Assembly (NCBI GenBank): GCA_002269645.1
Contig: NIVC01004787.1
Span: forward strand, 1 to 35,023
DNA length: 35,023 bases
Source of the DNA: Macrostomum lignano
Lineage: Eukaryota
Direction: 5' to 3'
In this document: positions 23,007 to 33,700 of the stretch, one piece after another
Numbering within the stretch: position 1 is the stretch's first letter
How the letters are laid out: every line of letters begins with the position of its first letter
Notes under the pieces: model-generated
What the model saw: the letters and a program-made list of their open reading frames with translations, nothing else
The model's database searches: none
What the model was told of the DNA's origin: nothing
Program-made: the position numbers and the translations under genes

Positions 23007-23117
23007 GTATGCGGCCAGGACCTGACGCACGCAACTCACGATGAAGCTGTCAATTTAATTAGAAACGCGCCGTCTCCAGTTGAATTCTGCATTCAATCTC
23101 TGCTGAACCCTTCGTGT
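23007..23117 (+). CDS. MPDZ: MPDZ/PATJ exon: C-terminal part of PDZ7-equivalent (VCGQDLTHATHDEAVNLIRNAPSPVEFCIQSLLNPSC)
   Basis: Acceptor gcccag|, donor tgt|gtaagt, phase 0-0; matches MPDZ [33 protein letters not shown]. Confidence 0.88.
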
Positions 23118-23394
23118 GTAAGTTCTATCGTAGCGAGTTCTACACCAAGCCCACTTGTTCGTTTAGAGAACACCTGTAGCTTTAATTTTTTATAGTGCAA
23201 CTCTTTCGAGCTTGCAAAGCGAGTTCTCCGCTGCTTTTAGAAGAAAAATACTTCCCTAGCAGAATTCCACAGACTGTTCGAGCGACCTATGCGTACACTT
23301 GTTCTCTTAATATATTAATATACATGGAATAACTCATCGTCCCAAATGATGCATAGATGCATAGATCTATCGCCATAGCACTTTTATTTCTGTT

Positions 23395-23736
23395 ATCATA
23401 TCATAATATCATAATAATATCAACAATAATATCATAGTAATACTTGATTACACCTGCCCTAATGGTCAAATGTGCAACCGACAGCTCAGCCGCAGCTATT
23501 GCGCGTTGCATCTGAAGGCTGCGTATGGCTGTTCAGTCCAAAGACTGGAGGGGGGTCCGCACACACACCCTCAATTACCCCAGCTAATGCTGGCACCCAT
23601 TTTACAGCTGGGTGAACTGAAGCAATGCAGATATGTGTCTTGCTCAAGGGCACAAATTATTCCAGTTGGAACGGGAATCGAACCCCTGACCTTTCAGTCA
23701 TGAGCCCGATGCTCTAACCACTAGACCACAACCCCC
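23395..23736 (-). mobile_element. tRNA-derived SINE with a CORE(MIR)-like central domain
   Basis: Minus strand: GGGGTTG-TGGTCTAGTGG (A box, 23718-23728) ..CTCATGA.. GGTTCGATTCC (B box, 23674-23684). Then TGTGCCCTTGAGCAAGACAC..TGCTTCAGTTCACCCAGCTGTAAATGGG, similar to the MIR CORE consensus, then a (TATTATGA)-like tail near 23395-23440. Confidence 0.8.
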
Positions 23737-24828
23737 ACTAGGCTACAACCCCCACTAGGCTACAACCCCCCACTAGGATACAACCCCCACTAGGCTACAA
23801 CCCCCCACTAGGCTACAACCCCCCACTAGGCTACAACCCCCACTAGGCTACAATCCCCCACTAGGCTACAACCCCCACTAGGCTACAATCCCCCACTAGG
23901 CTACAACCCCCACTAGGATACAACCCCCACTAGGCTACAACCCCCCACTAGGCTACAACCCCCACTAGGCTACAACCCCCCCACTAGGATACAACCCCCA
24001 CTAGGCTACAACCCCCACTAGGCTACAACCCCCACTAGGCTACAACCCCCCACTAGGCTACAACCTCCCCACTAGGCTACAACCCCCCACTAGGCTACAA
24101 CCTCCCCACTAGGCTACAACCCCCACTAGGGTAAACCCCCACTAGGCTACAACCCTCCCCACTAGGCTACAACCTCCCCACTAGGCTACAACCCCCACTA
24201 GGCTACAACCTCCCACTAGGCTACAACCTCCCCACTAGGCTACAACCCCCACTAGGCTACAACCACTAGGCTACAACCCCCACTAGGCTACAACCTCCCC
24301 ACTAGGCTACAACCCCCACTAGGCTACAACCCCCACTAGGCTACAACCTCCCCACTAGGCTACAACCCCCACTAGGCTACAACCCCCACTAGGCTACAAC
24401 CTCCCCACTAGGCTACAACCTCCCCACTAGGCTACAACCCCCACTAGGCTACAACCTCCCCACTAGGCTACAACCTCCCCACTAGGCTACAACCCCCACT
24501 AGGCTACAACCTCCCCACTAGGCTACAACCTCCCCACTAGGCTACAACCCCCACTAGGCTACAACCTCCCCACTAGGCTACAACCTCCCCACTAGGCTAC
24601 AACCTCCCCACTAGGCTACAACCTCCCCACTAGGCTACAACCTCCCCACTAGGCTACAACCCCACTAGGCTACAACCTCCCCACTAGGCTACAACCTCCC
24701 CACTAGGCTACAACCTCCCCACTAGGCTACAACCTCCCCACTAGGCTACAACCTCCCCACTAGGCTACAACCCCCACTAGGCTACAACCTCCCCACTAGG
24801 CTACAACCTCCCCACTAGGCTACAACTT
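23718..24828. repeat. Minisatellite, 17-20 bp unit CCACTAGGCTACAAC(CT)CCC, ~60 copies, contiguous with the SINE 5' end
   Basis: Direct inspection; the unit length varies with the C-tract. Confidence 0.95.
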
Positions 24829-25375
24829 CTTTTCAACAAATTATTTTCTACAGGTTGAAAAAGTGTTTAAATCGAATCGAATAATTTGAATGCCAAAACT
24901 GCATATCGGTTTTTTGTTGAAATTTACCAGAGTTTTAATGTGCAATTAGTCATTAGCAATTAAGTGATTATTATATTATACACTTAATAAGGCAGTCTAT
25001 AACTATGACTATGAATCATCACTAAATATTAAAAGAACAATAAGAATTCAGTAATATGAAAATCAGCATTGTTAATCGCTATCGCTACTACTATCTTTTT
25101 CATTTAAAAAAAATTAAATCAAGGACTATGTGTTGCTTGTGATGGTAAGTTTCTAAGAACTCTTACGCATGCCTCTTTACGCATCTTGCCAATTTTCTGT
25201 TTTGAAAGCCGCGTGAATACTGTGCATAAAATGTAAATCATTTCTGATTTTTACCCGCCTTATTTATCAACAGAAATATTCTTATTTGAATTATATTATG
25301 GCACTTGCATGAACTATATACGATTTTCTTTGCCTTTCGATCGCTTTGGTTTGTGGTAACTGCAATCAGCACAAT

Positions 25376-27143
25376 GCTAGACAGGCAGTGTGTCTCATGT
25401 TAGACAGGCAGTGTGTCACATGTTAGACAGGCAGTGTGTCTCATGTTAGACAGGCAGTGTGTCTCATGTTAGACAGGCAGTGTGTCACATGTTAGACAGG
25501 CAGTGTGTCTTATGTTAGACAGGCAGTGTGTCTCATGTTAGACAGGCAGTGTGTCTCATGTTAGACAGGCAGTGTGTCTCATGTTAGACAGGCAGTGTGT
25601 CTCATGTTAGACAGGCAGTGTGTCACATGTTAGACAGGCAGTGTGTCTCATGTTAGACAGGCAGTGTGTCTCATGTTAGACAGGCAGTGTGTCTCATGTT
25701 AGACAGGCAGTGTGTCTCATGTTAGACAGGCAGTGTGTCTCATGTTAGACAGGCAGTGTGTCACATGTTAGACAGGCAGTGTGTCTCATGTTAGACAGGC
25801 AGTGTGTCTCATGTTAGACAGGCAGTGTGTCTCATGTTAGACAGGCAGTGTGTCTCATGTTAGACAGGCAGTGTGTCTCATGTTAGACAGGCAGTGTGTC
25901 TCATGTTAGACAGGCAGTGTGTCTCATGTTAGACAGGCAGTGTGTCTCATGTTAGACAGGCAATGTGTCTCATGTTAGACAGGCAGTGTGTCACATGTTA
26001 GACAGGCAGTGTGTCTCATGTTAGACAGGCAGTGTGTCTCATGTTAGACAGGCAGTGTGTCTCATGTTAGACAGGAAGTGTGTCTCATGTTAGACAGGCA
26101 GTGTGTCTCATGTTAGACAGGCAGTGTGTCTCATGTTAGACAGGCAGTGTGTCACATGTTAGACAGGCAGTGTGTCACATGTTAGACAGGCAGTGTGTCA
26201 CATGTTAGACAGGCAGTGTGTCTCATGTTAGACAGGCAGTGTGTCTCATGTTAGACAGGCAGTGTGTCTCATGTTAGACAGGCAGTGTGTCTCATGTTAG
26301 ACAGGCAGTGTGTCTCATGTTAGACAGGCAGTGTGTCTCATGTTAGACAGGCAGTGTGTCTCATGTTAGACAGACAGTGTGTCTCATGTTAGACAGGCAG
26401 TGTGTCTCATGTTAGACAGGCAGTGTGTCTCATGTTAGACAGGCAGTGTGTCTCATGTTAGACAGGCAGTGTGTCTCATGTTAGACAGGCAGTGTGTCAC
26501 ATGTTAGACAGGCAGTGTGTCACATGTTAGACAGGCAGTGTGTCACATGTTAGACAGGCAGTGTGTCTCATGTTAGACAGGCAGTGTGTCTCATGTTAGA
26601 CAGGCAGTGTGTCTCATGTTAGACAGGCAGTGTGTCTCATGTTAGACAGGCAGTGTGTCTCATGTTAGACAGGCAGTGTGTCTCATGTTAGACAGGCAGT
26701 GTGTCTCATGTTAGACAGGCAGTGTGTCTCATGTTAGACAGGCAGTGTGTCACATGTTAGACAGGCAGTGTGTCTCATGTTAGACAGGCAGTGTGTCTCA
26801 TGTTAGACAGGCAGTGTGTCTCATGTTAGACAGGCAGTGTGTCTCATGTTAGACAGGCAGTGTGTCTCATGTTAGACAGGCAGTGTGTCACATGTTAGAC
26901 AGGCAGTGTGTCTCATGTTAGACAGGCAGTGTGTCTCATGTTAGACAGGCAGTGTGTCTCATGTTAGACAGGCAGTGTGTCTCATGTTAGACAGGCAGTG
27001 TGTCTCATGTTAGACAGGCAGTGTGTCTCATGTTAGACAGGCAGTGTGTCTCATGTTAGACAGGCAGTGTGTCTCATGTTAGACAGTGTGTCTCATGTTA
27101 GACAGGCAGTGTGTCTCATGTTAGACAGGCAGTGTGTCACATG
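25376..27143. repeat. Minisatellite, 23 bp unit TAGACAGGCAGTGTGTC(T/A)CATGT, ~77 highly homogeneous copies
   Basis: Direct inspection; no spacers. Confidence 0.97.
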
Positions 27144-27584
27144 TCTGACTGCAATCGTACATAGAACTAGAGCAGAAATTCTTGCTTCAGGCTATCAATC
27201 ATTTATTAGAATAACCCATTGAGTACTGAGGCACTGGTAGATGCTTACATATGCTTCTATCTGGAAAAATGTGGGATTGCAACACACGCGTATTCATATA
27301 ATTCCAGTTTTTTCTATCGCTTATACTGATAGCCTAACTGAATATCTGTGTCGCATCCTGACTATAGAGCTGCGTACTTATATGAATTTTTATTACATTT
27401 TTGTCAAACTATTAATGCTTAAATCTTCTTTATTTTACCTGTCAACTATTTATTGAGCTTTTTGTGACGTCATGTAATTTAGCGACAGCTCACAATGTAC
27501 TTTTCTGTACCTTTTCGTGCACGTAAAGGAAATATTTAGGAAAAACCTCCAAAAACGCTACTTAACCATAGCTGACACCAAACA

Positions 27585-28405
27585 ACACCTAACCCCAACT
27601 GACACCCAACCCCAACTGACACCCAACCCTAACTGACACCCAACAGCAACTGACACCCAACCCCAACTGACACCCAACAGCAACTGACACCCAACCCCAA
27701 CTGGCACCCAACAGCAACTGACACCCAACCCCAACTGATACCCAACCCCAACTGACACTCAACAGCAACTGACACCCAACCCCAACTGATACCCAACCCT
27801 AACTGATACCCAACCCTAACTGACACCCAACCCCAACTGACACCCAACCCCAACTGACACCAACCCCAACTGACACCCAACAGCAACTGACACCCAACCC
27901 TAACTGACACCCAACAGCAACTGACACCCAACAGCAACTGACACCCAACAGCAACTGACACCCAACCCTAACTGACACCCAACCCCAATTGACACCCAAC
28001 CCCAACTGATACCCAACCCTAACTGACACCCAACCCCAACTGACACCCAACCCCAACTGACACCCAACAGCAACTGACACCCAACCCCAACTGACACCCA
28101 ACAGCAACTGACACCCAACCCCAACTGATACCCAACCCCAACTGACACTCAACAGCAACTGACACCCAACCCCAACTGATACCCAACCCTAACTGATACC
28201 CAACCCTAACTGACACCCAACCCCAACTGACACCCAACCCCAACTGACACCAACCCCAACTGACACCCAACAGCAACTGACACCCAACCCTAACTGACAC
28301 CCAACAGCAACTGACACCCAACAGCAACTGACACCCAACAGCAACTGACACCCAACCCTAACTGACACCCAACCCCAATTGACACCCAACCCTAACTGAC
28401 ACCCA
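27585..28405. repeat. Minisatellite, 17 bp unit AACTGACACCCAAC(CCC/AGC/CCT), with a 390-bp higher-order duplication
   Basis: Direct inspection; near-identical ORFs at 27629 and 28019 (offset 390). Confidence 0.95.
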
Positions 28406-28476
28406 ATAAACACAAACTGTCAAATCAACGCCAAAGACGTTAAGATAAACAAAAAATCAAACCCAATTTCTCTCAG

Positions 28477-28611
28477 CCCAGCGACTCCGAATCGAGCAGC
28501 AGGCCGGCGCTGACACCCGAGCCACCCATAGCCGAAGTGCCCGCCTGGGACGTCGGTGCGGATGAAGCTACGGACGGAAATCCGGCAACAGCTGGGACGC
28601 TGGACAGTGCG
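28477..28611 (+). CDS. MPDZ: MPDZ/PATJ linker exon (PSDSESSSRPALTPEPP..AGTLDSA)
   Basis: Acceptor tttctctcag|, donor gcg|gtgagt, 135 nt, phase 0-0; GC-rich island between two arrays. Confidence 0.72.
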
Positions 28612-28635
28612 GTGAGTGAGCAGTTCAAATACAGT

Positions 28636-29183
28636 GGCAGGATGTCAGGATGTCAGAATGTCAGGATGGCAGGATGTCAGAATGTCAGGATATGGAAGTA
28701 TGGCATATCAGGATGACATGTCAGGATGGCAGGGTGTCAAGATGGCAGGGTGTCAAGATGGTAGGGTGTAAAGATGGCAGGATGTCAGGATGACAGGGTG
28801 TCAGGATGCCAGGGTGTCCAGGATGCCAGGGTGTCAGGATGGCAGGATGTCCAGGATGTGTCAGGATGTCAGGATGTCAGGATGTCAGGATGTCAGGATG
28901 GCAGGATGTCAAGATGGCGAGGTGTCAAGATGGCAGGGTGTCAAGATGGCAGGGTGTAAAGATGGCAGGATGTCAGGATGACAGGGTGTCAGGATGACAG
29001 GGTGTCAGGATGCCAGGGTGTCAGGATGGCAGCTGGTGCCAGGATGTCAGGATGTCAGGATGTGAGGATGGAAGGGTGTCAGGATGGCAGGGTGTCAGGA
29101 TGGCAGGGTGTCAGGATGGCAGGGTGTCAGGATGTCAGGATGTCAGGATGTCAAGATGGCAGGATGGCAGGGTGTCAGGATGA
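28636..29183 (-). repeat. Octamer array (ATGTCAGG/ATGGCAGG/GTGTCAGG)n
   Basis: Direct inspection; same family as 22720-22888 in the opposite orientation. Confidence 0.93.
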
Positions 29184-29579
29184 CATCCTAAAAAAGGTTA
29201 GGATAGTTACAACCTATAAAATATTACTTAAAGAAGCTAGAAGTACGATCTACAATTGAACCTATATGCAGCAGCTTAACCTCACGTGTTCCTCAACAAG
29301 CAATTTTCTAATTCTGTATTTTGCGTGTCATCTCGAATTCTTCTCCAGCAGGAAGGGAGCAGATTTCCCTTAGAAATTTTCCTTTATCGATCGAAATTCG
29401 GGTTGTCTGAGGGGAAAATGAAGACTGCACGCGATTGGAATCTACGTTCCTAGTTAGTAGTCGCTTAAGAACTGCTGTTAGCGGTGCATTAAACTGCCTC
29501 GTGAAAATGCATAATCAGATAAACTGATTTCGCGTCGCTATGGCAACTACATAGAGGATTAAAGTTTACCACAGCAAAC

Positions 29580-30368
29580 CTGACTGGCTGTTTATCAGCT
29601 TGACTGGCTGTTTATCAGCTTGACTGGCTTTTTATCAGCTTGACTGGCTTTTTATTAGCTTGACTGGCAGTTTATCAGCTTGACTGGCTTTTTATCAGCT
29701 TGTCTGGCTTTTTATCAGCTTGACTGGCTTTTTATCAGCTTGACTGGCTTTTTATTAGCTTGACTGGCAGTTTATCAGCTTGACTGGCTTTTTATCAGCT
29801 TGACTGGCTTTTTATTAGCTTGACTGGCAGTTTATCAGCTTGACTGGCTTTTCATCAGCTTGACTGGCAGTTTATCAGCTTGACTGGCTTTTTATTAGCT
29901 TGACTGGCAGTTTATCAGCTTGACTGGCTTTTTATCAGCTTGACTGGCTTTTTATCAGCTTGTCTGGCTTTTTATCAGCTTGACTGGCTTTTTATCAGCT
30001 TGTCTGGCTTTTTATCAGCTTGTCTGGCTTTTTATCAGCTTGACTGGCTTTTTATCAGCTTGACTGGCAGTTTATCAGCTTGACTGGCAGTTTATCAGCT
30101 TGACTGGCAGTTTATCAGCTTGACTGGCTTTTTATCAGCTTGACTGGCTTTTTATTAGCTTGACTGGCATTTATTAGCTTGACTGGCTTTTTATTAGCTT
30201 GACTGGCTTTTTATTAGCTTGACTGGCTTTTTATTAGCTTGACTGGCTTTTTATTAGCTTGACTGGCTTTTTATCAGCTTGTCTGGCTTTTATCAGCTTG
30301 ACTGGCAGTTTATCAGCTTGACTGGCTGTTTATCAGCTTGACTGGCTTTTTATCAGCTTGACTGGCTT
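29580..30368. repeat. Minisatellite, 20 bp unit TGACTGGC(TT/AG)TTTAT(C/T)AGCT, ~39 copies
   Basis: Direct inspection. Confidence 0.96.
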
Positions 30369-30832
30369 TATTGTCTATGGCCAAGAGCAGTTTCCTGGAA
30401 GCGAATAGCAGTTCTCCCCTGGATCGGTTTAGTTGTATTAATCTGACCTGACAAGCAGCAGCCAATTGCGGTTGCTTACGGCAGATCATATTAATTCGCA
30501 GGTATAAAGATCTCATTAGTGTTTTCTGCTTCTAAAATTAGAAACAGTGTCTATCTATCTGCGCTAATGGACCAGGTGCTGATTGTTCGGAAGGGGGATT
30601 AATAAATATTTGGCTCGGTACAAATTGCCCGGCCCCAAAAAGGATGCACGTGAGGAGCGAGGCGAATAACTGGGCTTTAAGCACTCTGGTTGAGTCAGGG
30701 GGTTTCTAAGTGAACGCAATATCCACTGCCATTGTGCAGATATATAATTAATTAGTTATTTATGGAGATTAACTGTGCCAATAGGGAGGTGTAGGGAATG
30801 ACGTTGGGTGAGAGGCGGGAAAGAAACAAAAC

Positions 30833-31080
30833 AGAGTGAGGGATAGGAGTAGTTGTACAAGAGAGAAAGAGGGGGAGAGATAAGAGGGAGTGGGGAGTGA
30901 TAAGAGGGAGAGGAGAGATAAGAGAGAGAGAGAGATAAGAGATAAGAGGGAGTGGGGAGTGATAAGAGGGAGAGGGAGAGATTAGAGGGAGAGGGAGAGA
31001 TTAGAGGGGGAGATAAGAAGGAGAGGAGAGGGAGAGGGGAAAAAGGAGAGAGGAGAGAGAGGGGAGGGAGAGGGGAGAGG
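30833..31080. repeat. GA-rich low-complexity tract (GAGATAAGAGGG-like)
   Basis: Direct inspection. Confidence 0.85.
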
Positions 31081-31861
31081 AAATATAAAATGCCTAAGCT
31101 AGCTGTACATGTACAGACCTCACAGCTTAGGGCAGATTTAAAATCAGAACAGTTTCAAGTCATCGCATTTCTATGTATCCATTGTGCACCCGCAACCACA
31201 GCCCCCCCCCCCACACTCGTATTCAACACGGGATGATTCACACGTCTTTTTATTTAGTGCAACAGAGTATATGCAGATGTATAGCCCAAACCCAGCCAGT
31301 CTCAGCAATCAGAATTCATTGCTCGCAACTTCGATGCACGATAATCCCCGCCTTAGTCTTGAAAGAATCGCCTCTGCAAAACTGGAGGAGCAGGAAAAGC
31401 AGAGAAGGATGGGGAAAGAGCGGAGGAAAGCAAGGGGGTAAGCTGGGGAAAGAAATTTGCTAATGCCCGGATGAGGCTGGGTCTGGGAGCCAGTCAGAGA
31501 CGAGCAGGAGAGAGTGCGAGACGGGACCCGAGCTCAGAATCGCAAAACAAACCGGGGATGAGGGGACAGACAAACGATGAGGATGGAGGAAGAGGAGGAA
31601 GCGAGTCAGTTCTCTAAAAATGTGACCCGCGATCGGTCCTCGCTAGACAAGAGCTGGAGCAGTGCTCACGGAAGGCCAGCAGTTGAGAAGTTCAGAGAAT
31701 TATGACGTGTCGCAGGTGCTGCATCTGCCGCAGCTTGCAGCGGCTTCTGTTTAGCCGGGCACCGCCTACCTGACTGGGGCGGTGGCTCTGTCTCCTGGTG
31801 GTGACGAACCGATGGTAGGGTGGCTGCTGCTGCTGCTACCACTGAGGATTCTGCTGATTCC

Positions 31862-31862
<1 letters not shown>

Positions 31863-31916
<54 letters not shown>

Positions 31917-31928
31917 TTGTTGTTGTTG
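31863..31928. repeat. (CTG)~17 (TTG)~5 trinucleotide tract
   Basis: Direct inspection; two shorter CTG runs nearby (~31823-31837, ~32246-32269). Confidence 0.92.
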
Positions 31929-32924
31929 ATGCCGGCCCGCTGGGTCACCTGGTCAATGGGCCTACGGAACGGTCTGACTGCAACATGGCACAGCAGCCGT
32001 CAATGCCCCGCTCACCATAGGACAGGGCCTTGCACCACCGCGTCGCCGCGTGAGTGTGCAGAGGGCATGTCGGTGAGCCTGCACCAGGTCCACCAGGGTC
32101 AACCCCAGCAGAGGGGCCGGAATTCCAGCTTTCGTGTCCGTGGCCAACGGACCTTCCACCCCACGCCTGACAGTCCAGCACTGGCGGCCAGCCCCGATGG
32201 GGTCTAGCAGTGTCTGGAGCTGCTCGGAGGCCTGCTGGATGTGAGGCTGCTGCTGCTGCTGCTGCTGCTAGTGATGATGACGCTGCAGCAGGGGTCGAGA
32301 CGGTGAGGCTGTAGTGATTGATATCCCACTCTGCAAGCATGTGCCGTGGAGACGAACTGACACGCATGCAGGCACAGCTCTCCCAGCTCCCAGCTCCCAG
32401 ACTCACAGACAGGCATTTCCCAATCCAAACTAAGGGAGACTCAAGCTAAGAAAGTTCTGAACAGTTGAGAGACCTTTCCATCTTTAGCTACAGGTTCAAC
32501 AATGCTCGTTCAGGCGAATCAGCAAGGATTACCCTCCCAAAAACTCCCAAAATCGAGTTGAACTTATAAAAGAATGAAATTGACTTTCACTCTCTTTCTA
32601 ATCCCAATCTTTCTCACGTCACGGGGAGCTCAGTTTTAATAATAGTGCCAAATTAGTCTGTCAAGTAACTGGGACAAAGAGGAAAAAAATCCCGAGCCTG
32701 TTGAGCTCCTCAGCGACTCCACATCAATCTTGAAATATTGATAAACAGCGCCGTGCAAAATATTAATTCTCATCTTGACAGGAAAACTCATCACAACCAT
32801 TCGTTAATCAGTCTGGCTGTCAACAGATTTGTTGGCCTGCCTTTATAATTTTATATTAACAAGCCTTTAACCTCCCACTGCTGCCATTGATTGCTTTCCG
32901 AGTGACGCTTCACCCTTTTGGTGC

Positions 32925-33700
32925 TTCGGTGAGCCACTTGCTACCCCCTCCCTGATCCTTCAGTGAGCCACTTGCTGCCCCCTCCCTGATCCTTCGGTGA
33001 GCCACTTGCTACCCTCTGATCCTTCAGTGAGCCACTTGCTGCCCCTCCCTGATCCTTCAGTGAGCCACTTGCTGCCCCCTCCCTGATCCTTCAGTGAGCC
33101 ACTTGCTGCCCCTCCTGATCCTTCAGTGAGCCACTTGCTGCCCTCCCTGATCCTTCAGTGAGCCACTTGCTGCCCCCTCCCTGATCCTTCAGTGAGCACT
33201 TGCTGCCCCTCCCTGATCCTTCAGTGAGCCACTTGCTGCTCCTCCCTGATCCTTCAGTGAGCCACTTGCTGCTCCTCCTGATCCTTCAGTGAGCCGCTTG
33301 CTGCTCCTCCCTGATCCTTCAGTGAGCCGCTTGCTGCCCCTCCTGATCCTTCAGTGAGCCACTGCTGCTCCTCCCTGATCCTTCAGTGAGCCGCTTGCTG
33401 CTCCTCCCTGATCCTTCAGTGAGCCGCTTGCTGCCCCTCCCTGATCCTTCAGTGAGCCACCTGCTGCTCCTCCCTGATCCTTCAGTGAGTCACCTGCTAC
33501 CCCCTCCCTGATCTTCAGTGAGCCACTTGCTGCCCCTCCCTGATCCTTCAGTGAGTCACTTGCTACCCCTCCCTGATCCTTCAGTGAGCCACTTGCTGCC
33601 CTCCCTGATCCTTCAGTGAGCCACTTGCTGCCCTCCCTGATCCTTCAGTGAGCCACTTGCTGCCCCTCCTGATCCTTCGGTGAGCCACTTGCTGCCCCAC
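32925..33700. repeat. Minisatellite, 31-33 bp unit GAGCCACTTGCTGCCCCTCCCTGATCCTTCAGT, ~24 copies
   Basis: Direct inspection. Confidence 0.95.

Noticed and set aside
23660-23736. Functional tRNA-Met gene
   Set aside because: A and B boxes are present, but the acceptor and anticodon stems pair poorly and the sequence runs into a CORE domain and tail, so it is a SINE head.
25376-27143. CRISPR-like array (regular 23-bp, partly palindromic unit); the same was considered for the 20-33 bp arrays
   Set aside because: Units are head-to-tail with no unique spacers, there are no cas genes, and the context is a eukaryotic intron.
27585-28405. Interstitial telomeric repeat (CCCTAA/CCCCAA; also TAACCC in 9900-10560)
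   Set aside because: Only single hexamers inside longer 17- or 24-bp units, never tandem (TTAGGG)n.
22328-29259. 'CQDVRMSG' Cys-rich repetitive ORFs at 22328-22913 and 28774-29259
   Set aside because: Translations of the octamer arrays; they lie in introns just after donor sites.
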